Source: a virus
DNA: 64,000 bases
Strand: one strand, 5' to 3'
IMG/VR virus record: IMGVR_UViG_3300045391_002864
Location: 30,059-94,058 of that record
The notes below the pieces were generated by a model. That model was not told the DNA's origin. It saw nothing but the letters and a program-made list of their open reading frames with translations, and made no database searches. The position numbers were made by a program, and so were the translations under genes. How positions within the stretch are numbered: the first letter of the stretch is position 1; every line of letters begins with the position of its first letter. This document shows positions 35,057 through 45,465 of the stretch, one piece after another.

Positions 35057-37297
35057 TCAGGCACCTTTCAGCGCCCATCCAGAGCCCTTGCCCCGGCCAA
35101 TCCTTTTGATGGCGCCCTGGCTATGCAGGTCAGTCGTGACGCGCCGTATTTTCTCATCTGCCTGACGCGGCGTGGCCCCCTTGAAAACAGTAGCGCTCGT
35201 TTGTCTCGTCGCTATCGAAACCAACTGCGCGCCCGTCAGCTGCGGGCATAGACGCAACAGGCCCAGTACGAACAGATCAACAGTTGCTGCGGTTTCCGCT
35301 ACATCAAGGATTGCCGGTGTGATAGGCACGATCCTTTCATCGGCATCATCGTCCGCGATGGGCAGACGCTCCACCGCATCCTCCGCTTCGTCGCCATACA
35401 GCAGGCGCACAGAGTCATCTTTTACCGACAGCATCATCCGGAACGGGGCAATCGGGTTCCACGACTTGTTGCGGATCATGCTGACGCGCAGCGACGTGTA
35501 AGTCCAGCCGTTGATGTCCGGCCTGGAGCGGTGCGGCTTCTTCTCTGCCGACGCCTCTTCAAAATCTACCCCATTTTTGATGTGGCAGATATTCATCATG
35601 ACTTCAGCAAGACCTTCAAGACGGTTCGTACCGGAAGATGATTCCGGGTCGCCTTTCGGGCTTTGGTGAATCAGGATTACGACTGCGCGCGGCCAGCGGC
35701 GCTTCAGGCGATCAATCTGCGTCTGGACAGGGATCATGGCATTGTCCTCGTTCACGCTGCCTGCGGTGATGGCGCGCAGCGTGTCGAGGACGATAAGGTC
35801 AGGTCCTTCGGCGCCGTCCCATCGTCCGCCGTTGATCTCGGTGTCGACCGCAGCCATCAGACGGTCAGTATCAGAATCGATAATGAAGCCGCTGACGAGC
35901 GTGAGAATCTGCGCATCGAGTATCCCGGCGATCTCGCGCTTGGACGTGTTTTTTGCGTCGTACTCGGCCTCGAAACGGTTCAGCGCGAATTGCGGCAGGT
36001 TCTGCGCGGTCTGGCTATGGGATTCGCCGGCCACATATAGGACGCGGCCTCTCTGCACTGCATTCCCAGCCCACGGCATTCCCAGCGCAACGCAGGCGGC
36101 CAAGTCTTGGCACATGGGCGACTTGGCCGTCCCCGGCAGGCCGGAGATCATGCAAGTGCTGCCGCGCGGCAGCACGCCCTCGACCAGAAATTCCGGGCGA
36201 TGGCCGTGCCCATCATAAAGCTCCAGCGTGCTTAGAAGGGACAGCTTCTCGGTCCCCAAGGGCTGCACAGGCGTCGTCGCTGGGTCAAAGCCATCCGCCG
36301 GCCCGAACATCGACACGACCTGCTCGAATTTGTTAATCGCAGGCTGGTCCTGATCGGCGTAGTTCCACTTCCGCCGGCCGCCGTCGATCATCGTTTGCAT
36401 CTCTGCAATCGTCTGATCGACTGTGAATCCATCCAATGTGAAGCTCGGCGCCGAAAGCAATATCTCCGCGTCGGAGTATCCGCGTGCGACCCAAATGCCG
36501 GTCAGCTGAACTAGATTCGTATGCCAGTTCTCGCCCGCCTGGATCGCCGCGATGAGCCCGTTCATCGTATCGGTGCCAGCGCGAGTGCGAGTTTCCGCGC
36601 CTTCAACTGCGGCCGACGTCACGTCATCAGGGGGCGGCAGCGACGATAGAGCGAGCGCCAGAGTGTGCTTTTCGGACCGACCGTCAGTGGGGTGCGCCCA
36701 TGACGTCATCTCCAAGATGCGACCCTTCTTCTTCGGCCACGCGATCGTGCCAGGGAGACGCATCAGGCGTGACGGATTAACTGCGGTCTTATCGCCCTTG
36801 TAGAGCGCCAGGAGCCGTCTCAGGCCATCCTTCAGTACCTCCGGGCTAGAGACAGGCGCGTCCAGCCGGAAGTACATCTGGCGGCGCGGATGCGGATATA
36901 GGCCCGTGTAGACGGCGCTCGTCGGGAAGAACGGATGCTGGACAGTGTCCGCATACAGGACGTGCTCGTGCTCATCCTGATCCAGCCAGAAGCCGGGCGC
37001 TTTGATGAAATGCTCGTCTTTTGCCCGTCCATCATCGGTCTTCGACAGGGTTACGGGCGTGAAGTAGCAGTTGTGCCCGTCGCGGCTGTTGACGTCGACC
37101 GCGAACTCGACAAGTTGATCGATTTGGCTGACTTCAAAATGGCGGGCCTTATTGACGGCATCGTTCTGGTCGTTGTTCCACGCGACCTCGATCATGCCCT
37201 CTGGCGTCGTCTCAAACCACCACCGTAGGAAGCCGCGCATGATCTCCGCCTCGGGACGAAAAGAGGCGGACTGTTCCTCGTTCAATGTAGCAGACAT
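35057..37297 (-). CDS. Primase-helicase (RepB-like primase plus AAA_25/RepA helicase)
   Basis: WLDQD, NPSRLMRLPGT; GLPGTAKS, LYVAGES, LIVLDTL, ILIH. Confidence 0.85.
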   Translation of the reverse strand: MSATLNEEQSASFRPEAEIMRGFLRWWFETTPEGMIEVAWNNDQNDAVNKARHFEVSQIDQLVEFAVDVNSRDGHNCYFTPVTLSKTDDGRAKDEHFIKAPGFWLDQDEHEHVLYADTVQHPFFPTSAVYTGLYPHPRRQMYFRLDAPVSSPEVLKDGLRRLLALYKGDKTAVNPSRLMRLPGTIAWPKKKGRILEMTSWAHPTDGRSEKHTLALALSSLPPPDDVTSAAVEGAETRTRAGTDTMNGLIAAIQAGENWHTNLVQLTGIWVARGYSDAEILLSAPSFTLDGFTVDQTIAEMQTMIDGGRRKWNYADQDQPAINKFEQVVSMFGPADGFDPATTPVQPLGTEKLSLLSTLELYDGHGHRPEFLVEGVLPRGSTCMISGLPGTAKSPMCQDLAACVALGMPWAGNAVQRGRVLYVAGESHSQTAQNLPQFALNRFEAEYDAKNTSKREIAGILDAQILTLVSGFIIDSDTDRLMAAVDTEINGGRWDGAEGPDLIVLDTLRAITAGSVNEDNAMIPVQTQIDRLKRRWPRAVVILIHQSPKGDPESSSGTNRLEGLAEVMMNICHIKNGVDFEEASAEKKPHRSRPDINGWTYTSLRVSMIRNKSWNPIAPFRMMLSVKDDSVRLLYGDEAEDAVERLPIADDDADERIVPITPAILDVAETAATVDLFVLGLLRLCPQLTGAQLVSIATRQTSATVFKGATPRQADEKIRRVTTDLHSQGAIKRIGRGKGSGWALKGA

Positions 37298-37420
37298 AGG
37301 TAACTTTCGAGAGTTAAGCAGGGCAAACTAAGACCGAGCGTTCAATTTACCTAGCGCACGAATCCTCGCATACGGCACCTCTTGGCTAATCCGGAAACCG
37401 ATGGCACGCCGTTAACTACA

Positions 37421-38005
37421 ATGTCAATGACGGTAATCGGCCTGGACCCAGGCGTCGCCCCATCCGCCGCAATCTACAGCGGCCCCGAAGACATGCCTGC
37501 GGTTTTTGCGCCGATGGGCGTCGCACGGCAGGCCACGAAAGACGGAAAAAAGGTCGTTCGCACAGACCCCGATACCGCCGCGATCATTGAGCTTTTCGAC
37601 CGCTACAAGCCTGACGTGGCCGTCGTTGAGTTGGTCGGTGTCATCAGCGGGCAGGGGCTCTCCAGCGGCGCGCGGTTCATGCACGCGGCCGGGCTGCTGG
37701 AGGGTATCGCCCTGGCGCGCGGTTGCCGACTGTTGCTGCCGAGACCGCAGCTATGGCGCAAAGCCTGGGGACTTCCCGAGGGCAAGGATTTTAGCCGGCA
37801 GACATGCCTCCGGCTGTTCCCCAACATGGTACGGGATTTCAAGCTGAAGAACTCTCATAACCAAGCCGACGCGTTGCTTCTGGCAATATGGGGGTGGGCT
37901 AGCGTCAATGACCTGAGCGTGCCAAAACTCACGCATGATCCCGGACTACCAGCGCCTACCGCCAGACCCAGCGCAAATAGAAGGCGCAAAATTCCTCGCA
38001 TCTAA
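37421..38005 (+). CDS. ruvC: RuvC-like Holliday junction resolvase
   Basis: IGLDPG, AVVE, P..W.K, K..SR, QADALLLA. Confidence 0.8.
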   Translation: MSMTVIGLDPGVAPSAAIYSGPEDMPAVFAPMGVARQATKDGKKVVRTDPDTAAIIELFDRYKPDVAVVELVGVISGQGLSSGARFMHAAGLLEGIALARGCRLLLPRPQLWRKAWGLPEGKDFSRQTCLRLFPNMVRDFKLKNSHNQADALLLAIWGWASVNDLSVPKLTHDPGLPAPTARPSANRRRKIPRI

Positions 38006-39248
38006 CGACAGTGCTCTCGTCTTCGACGAGGCCGGCTTCGGAAAATCACGGCAGGCAATCATGGCGCTCGACGATGCCGGCCTGCGCCGCGTAGTCATCA
38101 CTTGTCCGGCGGCGGCGAAGCGGCATTGGGCGGTCGAGTTCGGCAAGTGGTCGCGGTACGAACGGACGGTCAAGATTATCGATGGCGTGCCGAAAGAGCT
38201 TCCGACCGAGGACATCCTGATCCTCAGTCATGAGTCCCTGGCGCGCGAGCGCTATATTGCCATGCTCCAGCAGTGGGGCCTCATCGATGCGCTGATCGTC
38301 GACGAGGCGCACGAGTTTCGCGGCACGAGCAAGCGCCGATACGCCGTTTTCGGGTACGAGCCGAATGCCCTCTGGCGCCGGGCCGGCGCCGTCTGGCCTA
38401 TGACTGGGACGCCGATCGTCAACTCGGCAAACGACCTGTTCCCCTTTATCGGCTCCAGCCTGTCGCGGCGCCTATCGCGGCAGATAACTGAATGGGATTT
38501 CCAGAACGAGTTCTGCCACATGAAGCAGAACTTCCGGGGCGATCTCATTCCGACCGGCGTCAAAAACGAGGCCGTGCTTCAGGAACTGCTTCGGCCATTC
38601 AAGCTGCAGCGCAGGGCGCCGGAAATCCCGCTGCGCATCAATACGTTCCCACTTGCTATCGCGGACGAAGCGCTGAAGCCGATCATCCTCGCGCTCCAGG
38701 GCTTCGACCCGGCCACGATGGAGCAATGGGTCGTCGACGAGATGGACGTGGCGGTCGAGCAGATTTCACGCGTCCGCCACGCAATGGGTCTCGCGAAAGC
38801 CGAGACCGCTGCGCAGTATATCGTGTACCTCATCAAGACGGTCATGGACGGCCCGGTCGTGGGCTTCTTCATTCACCGCGAGGTGAGGGTTCGCATGATG
38901 GCGGTTCTGGAGAAATTCGGGCTGCGCGTCGCGTACCTCGATGGTACGACGGCAGGGAAGGCCCAGCAGGTTCAAGACGACTACGCTGCCGGAAAGCTCG
39001 ATGTGGTGCTGATCCAAACGAGAACCGGCGGCACGGCACTGACTTTCACGCGTGGCCGGCGCGTCGTCGTGGTTGAATCTCCCTGGACCGCCGTTGAACT
39101 GGAGCAGGAGATCAAGCGCGTTCGGCGCAAAACGCAAACCCAAAGCGTGATAGCCGATCTGCTGTACGCGGATGGTTGCTGGCTGGAGGAGGTTCAAGCC
39201 CGCATCATCGCGCGGAAGGCAGAGACAGCATCGAGAATCCTGGGCTGA
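37935..39248 (+). CDS. SNF2-family helicase
   Basis: DEAGFGKS, VDEAH, MTGTPI.N, GTALT, PW....EQ...RV.R. Confidence 0.9.
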   Translation: MIPDYQRLPPDPAQIEGAKFLASNDSALVFDEAGFGKSRQAIMALDDAGLRRVVITCPAAAKRHWAVEFGKWSRYERTVKIIDGVPKELPTEDILILSHESLARERYIAMLQQWGLIDALIVDEAHEFRGTSKRRYAVFGYEPNALWRRAGAVWPMTGTPIVNSANDLFPFIGSSLSRRLSRQITEWDFQNEFCHMKQNFRGDLIPTGVKNEAVLQELLRPFKLQRRAPEIPLRINTFPLAIADEALKPIILALQGFDPATMEQWVVDEMDVAVEQISRVRHAMGLAKAETAAQYIVYLIKTVMDGPVVGFFIHREVRVRMMAVLEKFGLRVAYLDGTTAGKAQQVQDDYAAGKLDVVLIQTRTGGTALTFTRGRRVVVVESPWTAVELEQEIKRVRRKTQTQSVIADLLYADGCWLEEVQARIIARKAETASRILG

Positions 39249-39335
39249 TCGCTAGCGACAATGTCACTATTGACGGCGAGTCGAACCGGAGTTAGCGGCA
39301 ATGTCGTTAACGGATATTTCCCAGGAGACCCGACT

Positions 39336-40262
39336 TTGAAGATCACGATTGAGATTGATACCGCGCTGGAGCCGGCTGAACGCACGCTCGCCCTCGCGGC
39401 GGTTCTCGCCAGCGGCCATGCACAGAACGCGTTCTCCCAGCCCGCCATCGTGCCGTCGGCTGGCCCGCAGAGCGCCATCACGTCGCATCAGTCGGGCTCC
39501 CTCGATGATCTGCATGATGCGCTGAAGCTCGATGGTGCCGAGATGGAGGAGCGCGTCGAGACGTTATCCAAGGCCGTCACGGTCCAGCTGCCCGAGGGCA
39601 CCGTGGCCGATGCGCCGATCGACACCGCCGCCGCTGAGCCGGCGGCCGACCTGACGCCGCCGCGCAAGACGCGCCGCTCGCGCAAGTCGGCCGAGCCCGA
39701 GTTCACGCCGGAGCAGGCCAAGGCCGCCACGGATGCCATGATGGCAGCGGCCCTGGCGCAGCGCTCCGCGCCCGAGGCCACGGAACCGGCCGCGCCCCAG
39801 GCGCCGGCCCTCCCGTCGCTGCCCGCCACCGAGCCTGCTGTTGCCACTGCTGCGCCTGCCGCGCCCATCGCGCCGGCCCTCCCGCCGCTGCCCGGCACGA
39901 CTGCGCCCGCGCTGCCGCCGCTGCCCGGCGCGGCCACTGCGCCGGCCATGGCCCTCCCGCCCGTGGCTCCGGCTGCTGCCCCCGCGCCGGCAGCGCCAGA
40001 CGCGACGACCGCTGCGGCTCAGGCTGCGTCCTCTGCGTCACTCCCGGTCATGCCGATTGACGGCCAGATGACGGAATCAGATTTCAATGCCCTCTGCCGC
40101 CGAGCAGCCGGTAAGTCCGTGGGCGCCGTCTTCAAGGTTCTGTCCGCGCCGCCTTACAAATACGCGACGATGCAGATGGTTCCCGCCGAGCATCGCAACG
40201 AACTGGCGCTGGCGGTCATCGCCGAAGTGGGATTCCAGGCCGGCGTGGACTTCACGCACTAA
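39336..40262 (+). CDS. Pro/Ala-rich replication-module protein
   Basis: TTG start with GGAG RBS; position before DUF2800; PALPPLP repeats. Confidence 0.7.
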   Translation: MKITIEIDTALEPAERTLALAAVLASGHAQNAFSQPAIVPSAGPQSAITSHQSGSLDDLHDALKLDGAEMEERVETLSKAVTVQLPEGTVADAPIDTAAAEPAADLTPPRKTRRSRKSAEPEFTPEQAKAATDAMMAAALAQRSAPEATEPAAPQAPALPSLPATEPAVATAAPAAPIAPALPPLPGTTAPALPPLPGAATAPAMALPPVAPAAAPAPAAPDATTAAAQAASSASLPVMPIDGQMTESDFNALCRRAAGKSVGAVFKVLSAPPYKYATMQMVPAEHRNELALAVIAEVGFQAGVDFTH

Positions 40263-41548
40263 TGGCTCGTGAAATCTATTTCCGCCCCAGCGCAGCTGGG
40301 CGCTGGACGAACTGTTTCGCGTCCGTAAAGCTGAACGCGCACGCGCCGAAGCAGAAGGCCGGCTACGCCGCGACCGAGGGTACAGCCGCTCACACGGTCG
40401 CTGAAATCTGCCTTCGCGAAGGAAAGCAGGCGCACGAGTTCATTGATCGCGGTATCAAGGTAAACGAGGACGGCGTCGAGATTTCGGTATTCCTCGACGA
40501 AGCGGACTGCGAAGCGATCCAGTTGTACGTCGATACGGTGCGCGAGTACGGCCGGGGTGCCGATGCCGAGTTTCTTGTCGAGCAGAAGCTGCGAATGGAC
40601 GTGTTCGCCACCGACAAGGAGGGCGAGGCGCTTTTCGGCGAGTGCAGGGGCACGGCGGACTCCGTCATCCTCGACCGCAAAAACCGCATCCTCACGATCG
40701 CGGACTTGAAGTTCGGCCGTGGAGTCATGGTCGATGGCGACAGCCCGCAGCTGAAAGTGTACGCGCTGATGGCCCTCGGCACGTACCACGTCGACGGCGG
40801 CTGGCAGAAGATCAGGACGACGGTTGTGCAGCCTCGCACGCCACATGAAGACCAGCACGTTAAGGAGGTTTGGCACGAGCCGGCTGATCTCCAGGCGTTC
40901 CTCTTCGAAGTCTACAGCGTCATGCGGGCCGCGATGGAGCCAGAGCCTGCGTTCGCGCCGAGCGAGAAAGCCTGCAAGTGGTGCGCGCTGCGCGGGACAT
41001 GCCCCGCCCTCGCGCAGCGGACACTCGACCTTGTGCGAGACGCCTTTGCTGCGGAGCCATCGGCGACGCCGGCACTCCCTGCAACGCTTTCGACGCCGCT
41101 TCCGCCGCCTCCCATGCTGCCGACCAAGGACACGATCGATGCGGTGATCGCAGCCGCGCAGCCGGCCACGATCGAGCGCTGGATGGACGCCGAAGACCTC
41201 ATTGATGCGTTCTTCAAGGGCGTGAAGCAGCGCGCGGCGACGATGCTTCAGGCTGGGGTGAAATTCGAGCACTACGAGATGAAAGCTCGCAGCGGAAATC
41301 GGCGCTGGAGAGACCCGGAGGCGGTGAAGAAGTTCATCGCTGAAAACGGCATCTCGGTCGAAGACGCCTTAACTGTTCCAAAGTTGAAGTCCCCGGCCCA
41401 GCTGGAGAAAGTTACGGGCATTGACGTTAACAAACTGAAGGCGCTATGGGAGAAGCCTGAAGGCGAACCGACTCTTGTCAAGATCACGGGCAGTAAGGCG
41501 GCGCCGCCTCGTGACATCCCCAAGTTGCCGCCATTAACTTTGTCGTAG
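40262..41548 (+). CDS. DUF2800 Cas4-like PD-(D/E)xK exonuclease
   Basis: PSAA.RW.NC, EGTAAH, GTAD, ADLKFG, QLKVYA, CKWC..C, LKSPAQLEK. Confidence 0.9.
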   Translation: MAREIYFRPSAAGRWTNCFASVKLNAHAPKQKAGYAATEGTAAHTVAEICLREGKQAHEFIDRGIKVNEDGVEISVFLDEADCEAIQLYVDTVREYGRGADAEFLVEQKLRMDVFATDKEGEALFGECRGTADSVILDRKNRILTIADLKFGRGVMVDGDSPQLKVYALMALGTYHVDGGWQKIRTTVVQPRTPHEDQHVKEVWHEPADLQAFLFEVYSVMRAAMEPEPAFAPSEKACKWCALRGTCPALAQRTLDLVRDAFAAEPSATPALPATLSTPLPPPPMLPTKDTIDAVIAAAQPATIERWMDAEDLIDAFFKGVKQRAATMLQAGVKFEHYEMKARSGNRRWRDPEAVKKFIAENGISVEDALTVPKLKSPAQLEKVTGIDVNKLKALWEKPEGEPTLVKITGSKAAPPRDIPKLPPLTLS

Positions 41549-41558
41549 GAAGAAAGAG

Positions 41559-42323
41559 TTGGCAGAATTTACCTCTGTTTTGCTGAAGTCCCCCATTGGG
41601 ATCGTGTCGTATCCGATGCTCATCAAGCCTCGCGCTGCCCTTCCCGGTAGTTCGAGCGGGCCGAAGTTCGACATGAACCTCATCATCGACCCGGCCGAGG
41701 TCGGGGAGATTTGGGAGACCATCGTGAAGGTCGCTCGTCTCGCCTTTGGCGATATGGCCGACACGATGCTTCAGGACGGCCGGCTGAAGAATCCGTTGAA
41801 GAACGGAAACACTCAGACCCGCAAGCGTGCGGACGGTCAGCCGGAGCAAGACCCGCTGTATGCCGGCAAATGGTTCATCACGCCGCGCGGGGAGAAGCAG
41901 CCGCTGATCCTGGGTGCCGATGGTGCGACCGTCATTTCGCCGGAAGCCATCTACAGCGGTTGCTACGCGCGGGCGCTGGTCAGCGTCTTCGCATTTCCGA
42001 AGCCGGGCAAATCGGTCCCGAACAAGGGTGTCTCGCTTGGGCTGGAGGCGATCCAGTTCATTCGTGATGGTCAGCGCATCGGTGGCGGCCCGCTCACGGC
42101 CGAAACCGCCGCTGCTGCATTCGGCGCCGCTCCTGGCGCTGCCGCACCGGCTCCGGCCGGCTACGGTGCCGCTCCGGGTGTTGCCCCGGCAGGCTATGGT
42201 GCGGCTCCGGGCGCCGCTGCTCCGGCGGGCTTCGGTGCGCCGGCAGCTGCTCCCGCCGTGCCGGCCGGTGCCCCCATGGCGCCGGGCGCCGTGTCGGGCC
42301 TCCCGCCGCTGACGCCGCGCTAA
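41559..42323 (+). CDS. DUF2815 single-stranded DNA-binding protein
   Basis: SYP.L..P, IYSGCYARA, NKGVSLGL..IQF.RDG.RIGG. Confidence 0.88.
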   Translation: MAEFTSVLLKSPIGIVSYPMLIKPRAALPGSSSGPKFDMNLIIDPAEVGEIWETIVKVARLAFGDMADTMLQDGRLKNPLKNGNTQTRKRADGQPEQDPLYAGKWFITPRGEKQPLILGADGATVISPEAIYSGCYARALVSVFAFPKPGKSVPNKGVSLGLEAIQFIRDGQRIGGGPLTAETAAAAFGAAPGAAAPAPAGYGAAPGVAPAGYGAAPGAAAPAGFGAPAAAPAVPAGAPMAPGAVSGLPPLTPR

Positions 42324-42343
42324 GCGTTACCGGCAATGACGTT

Positions 42344-42371
42344 AAGAAGGCGCTTTCGGGCGCCTTCTTTT
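42344..42371 (+). terminator. Intrinsic terminator
   Basis: aagaaggcgc-tttcgg-gcgccttctt plus T run. Confidence 0.75.
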
Positions 42372-42396
42372 CGTTTGGCTTCAGGAAGGGGAAGAG

Positions 42397-42957
42397 ATGA
42401 ACACCGCGAAGGCAAACCTCGCCGCTCGTGAAAAGGGCTATATGGAGTCGGAAGACTTCTACGAGACGCCGGTCGAAGCCGTCGATCGCTTCCTGGCAAA
42501 ATGGACGCCGCCGAGCAAAGAGATTTGGGAGCCGTCTTGCGGCGCCGGGGCGATATCGAACCGGCTGATCCAGCACGGCTACCGCGTCACGTCGACCGAC
42601 CTCGTCGACCGTGGGTACGGCGAGAGCGGCGTCGACTTCTTCGCGCAGACGGAAATGCGCGCGCCGGTAATCATCACGAATCCGCCTTACAACATCTCGA
42701 CACAGTATGTCGCGCACGCGTGCAGCATCGCGCCGGTCTCCGCCTTTCTTCTCCGCCTTGCGTGGCTGGAGGGAAGAAAGCGCCGCAAGCAGGTTTTCGA
42801 GCGCTTCAACCTGTCGAAAGTCTTCGTGTTCTCCAAGAGAATACCTCGCATGCACAAGCCCGGATACGAGGGCGAAAAGTTCACCAGCACAATTCCGTTT
42901 GCGTGGTTCGTGTTCGACTTCGCGCACAACGGCAGACCCGAGATCGAGTGGATTTGA
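42397..42957 (+). CDS. Amino (probably N6-adenine) DNA methyltransferase
   Basis: DFYETP, WEPSCGAG, ITNPPY. Confidence 0.85.
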   Translation: MNTAKANLAAREKGYMESEDFYETPVEAVDRFLAKWTPPSKEIWEPSCGAGAISNRLIQHGYRVTSTDLVDRGYGESGVDFFAQTEMRAPVIITNPPYNISTQYVAHACSIAPVSAFLLRLAWLEGRKRRKQVFERFNLSKVFVFSKRIPRMHKPGYEGEKFTSTIPFAWFVFDFAHNGRPEIEWI

Positions 42958-45099
42958 ATGACTGAAGTTTGCTCTGTCGACTTTGAAACGTGGGCGCGCG
43001 TTAACATCAAACTCGGCTCCTACCGCTACCTCGTCGATCCCGCCACGCGCTTTCTGATGATGGCCTGGGCGTTCAACGATGGCATGGAGCCGGAACTATG
43101 GTGGCCGGGCCAGCCTCTGCCGGAGCGTATCGTCGATCACGTCCGCAGTGGCGGGATAATGTCCGGCTGGAACGCCATGTCGTTCGAGCGCATCGCCTGG
43201 AGACACATGGGGGCGACGCGGCACGGATTTCCGGAAGTGCGCGATGAGCAATGGTTCGACCCGATGCTCCTCGCCGTCGCGCACAACATGCCGCGCAGTC
43301 TGGAGCAGGCCGCCTCGTTCGTGGGCACGCCGGTCGCGAAAGACAAAGAAGGCCGCCGGCTGATGCTAAAGCTGACGAGCGCAAAGACGACGCCGGACCC
43401 GGATAAAATCAATCCGGCGGAACTCGTCCGCCTCGGCGAGTATTGCCGCACCGACGTCAGAGTCGAGCAGGCCGTGGCGACACGAATGCTGCACTGGCCA
43501 CAGGTCTATCCGTGGCCGCAGATGGTGGCGATCGACCGCGCCATCAATGACCGTGGAATCGCGATCGACGTCAATCTGGTGCAGGGCCTGTATCAAGCGG
43601 CAGTCGACGAGACAGCTAAGATCGACGCCGACATGAACCGCCTGACGAACGGACGCGTGCGCAAGGTGAGCGACATCCAGCGTCTGAAGGACTGGCTCCT
43701 TGAACTCGGCGTGCCGCTGCCACTGAAGCCGGAGAAGCGCACGAGCGAGGACGATGAAGACCTTGCCGACGAGGACGACGGCGGTGTTGTGCTACCCGGT
43801 GCGAAGCTGTCCTACCAGCTGGGCAAGCGCGACATCATGGACCTGCTGGCGCGCCGGGACATCCCCGACATCGCGAGACAGGCCATGGAGTGGCGCCTGG
43901 AAGCGGCGAAGGCTTCCACGAAGAAGCTGAAAACAATGTTGGAGGCAGTCGGCCCGGACGGGCGCGTCCGTTGGATGCTGAAGCTATTCGGCGCGCAGCA
44001 GTCCGGCCGCTGGTCGGGCGCCGTGGTGCAGCCGCACAACTTCGTCCGCGACACGGTCGGCAACGATGACGACGCCGAGAAGGCATTTCAGCGCCGGCAT
44101 GGCCGCAAGCCGGAGAAGGCCGATGCGGACGAAGTGCATCACATCGGCGAGGAGCTAGTCGACGGCGCAGTCGCGGATGCGATGACCGGCAGCAATGAGA
44201 TGATTCGTCTGCTGCAAGGGCCGGTGCTGCCGTTCATCTCCCGCATGATGCGGCGCTGTCTGACGGCCAGGGCGGGCTACACGCTGATCCAGGGTGACTA
44301 CAGCGCCGTCGAGGCTCGCCTGACCGACTGGTTCTGCCAGAACATCGGCACGCTGAAGGCTTACGAGGAAGGCCGCGACGTCTACCGCCTGTTGGCTAGT
44401 ATGATGATGGGCGTGCCCCCGGAGCAGCTGACTCGTGAGCAGCGCCAGCGCGGCAAGGTCTCGAAACTGGCCCTCGGCTTTACGGGCGGGAAGGGAGCGC
44501 TGCTGGCAATGGGCCGGCAGTACGGCATGGAGATCACCGAGGACGAAGCGAAACTGACGGTGAAGCAGTTCCGTGACGCGAATCCCGAACTCGTCAAGTT
44601 CGGCCAGGACATCTACTGCACGGCCTGTCTCGCGGTCACGATCCCGCAGCGCGAATTTCCGATTCCGCCGCTGAATGTCGCGACGTTCCATTTCGACGGA
44701 CAAGCACTGCGCATGAAGCTGCCGAGCGGTCGCAACATCACGTACTGGGGGCCGAAGATTGAAGGCGAGGACGACTTTGGAAGCCCGATCCTCACATGCT
44801 GGCAGATCAAAGGCGGCATCGCCGTCCGGCGCAAGCTATGGAGCGGAATCCTGATCGAAAACCTTGCGAGCGGCAGCGCGGTCGACATGCTGGCCGGCGC
44901 GCTGGTCCGCATCGAGGGTGCGGGAATCCCCGTCGTACTCCATGTCCATGACGGCATCGAGGGCGAAGTTCCTGTTCATGACGCCGAGCGCCTGCTTCCT
45001 GTCTTCCGTGATTGCATGCTGGAGGCGCCGCCGTGGACCCGCATCGGCCATCCGCTGCCGATCGGCGCCGACATCCATATCGGAAATCGGTTCGGTTAA
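42958..45099 (+). CDS. Family A DNA polymerase (APSE/SPO2-like)
   Basis: VDFET, WNA.SFER, YC..DV, SGRWSG, DYSAVEAR, R..GK...LALGF, LHVHD. Confidence 0.93.
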   Translation: MTEVCSVDFETWARVNIKLGSYRYLVDPATRFLMMAWAFNDGMEPELWWPGQPLPERIVDHVRSGGIMSGWNAMSFERIAWRHMGATRHGFPEVRDEQWFDPMLLAVAHNMPRSLEQAASFVGTPVAKDKEGRRLMLKLTSAKTTPDPDKINPAELVRLGEYCRTDVRVEQAVATRMLHWPQVYPWPQMVAIDRAINDRGIAIDVNLVQGLYQAAVDETAKIDADMNRLTNGRVRKVSDIQRLKDWLLELGVPLPLKPEKRTSEDDEDLADEDDGGVVLPGAKLSYQLGKRDIMDLLARRDIPDIARQAMEWRLEAAKASTKKLKTMLEAVGPDGRVRWMLKLFGAQQSGRWSGAVVQPHNFVRDTVGNDDDAEKAFQRRHGRKPEKADADEVHHIGEELVDGAVADAMTGSNEMIRLLQGPVLPFISRMMRRCLTARAGYTLIQGDYSAVEARLTDWFCQNIGTLKAYEEGRDVYRLLASMMMGVPPEQLTREQRQRGKVSKLALGFTGGKGALLAMGRQYGMEITEDEAKLTVKQFRDANPELVKFGQDIYCTACLAVTIPQREFPIPPLNVATFHFDGQALRMKLPSGRNITYWGPKIEGEDDFGSPILTCWQIKGGIAVRRKLWSGILIENLASGSAVDMLAGALVRIEGAGIPVVLHVHDGIEGEVPVHDAERLLPVFRDCMLEAPPWTRIGHPLPIGADIHIGNRFG

Positions 45100-45117
45100 A
45101 ACCTGAAAGGAAAGAAA

Positions 45118-45456
45118 ATGGGCACTCATCCGAACGCCGTCCTCGTCCTCGCGCTGAAGCCGACTGGCGACGCGGTCGAGACCTATGATGCCATTACTGG
45201 AGACGATGACAAGATCGACATAGGAGGCGAGTCTTATCGTGCCCAACTGATGGAAGACTCCTACGATGAGGACTATCAGATCGCGGCGAACGACGGGGAG
45301 ATCATTGTCTTCAACTTAGTTACGTACGGGTACGGCGATACCATCGACTGGGACAAACTGGAGGCGCAGAAGAAGGCACTTGAACAGTGGGCAGCTGACA
45401 TCTGCGCGCGACACGGATGCTCGCACCGTATCTTTGTCACCGCAAATTATTGGTGA
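45118..45456 (+). CDS. Hypothetical protein
   Basis: RBS, acidic ORF. Confidence 0.7.
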   Translation: MGTHPNAVLVLALKPTGDAVETYDAITGDDDKIDIGGESYRAQLMEDSYDEDYQIAANDGEIIVFNLVTYGYGDTIDWDKLEAQKKALEQWAADICARHGCSHRIFVTANYW

Positions 45457-45465
45457 CGCCGCGAG

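Noticed and set aside
40262-41548. Cas4 as evidence of a CRISPR system
   Set aside because: It is the DUF2800 nuclease of the standard DUF2800-DUF2815-PolA module; no cas1 or array
32869-45099. Modified-base (Z, 7-deazaguanine, hmU) genome pathway
   Set aside because: Only a dNMP kinase and a deoxyribosyltransferase-like gene; no purZ, queC/folE/dpdA or thymidylate synthase homolog in the window
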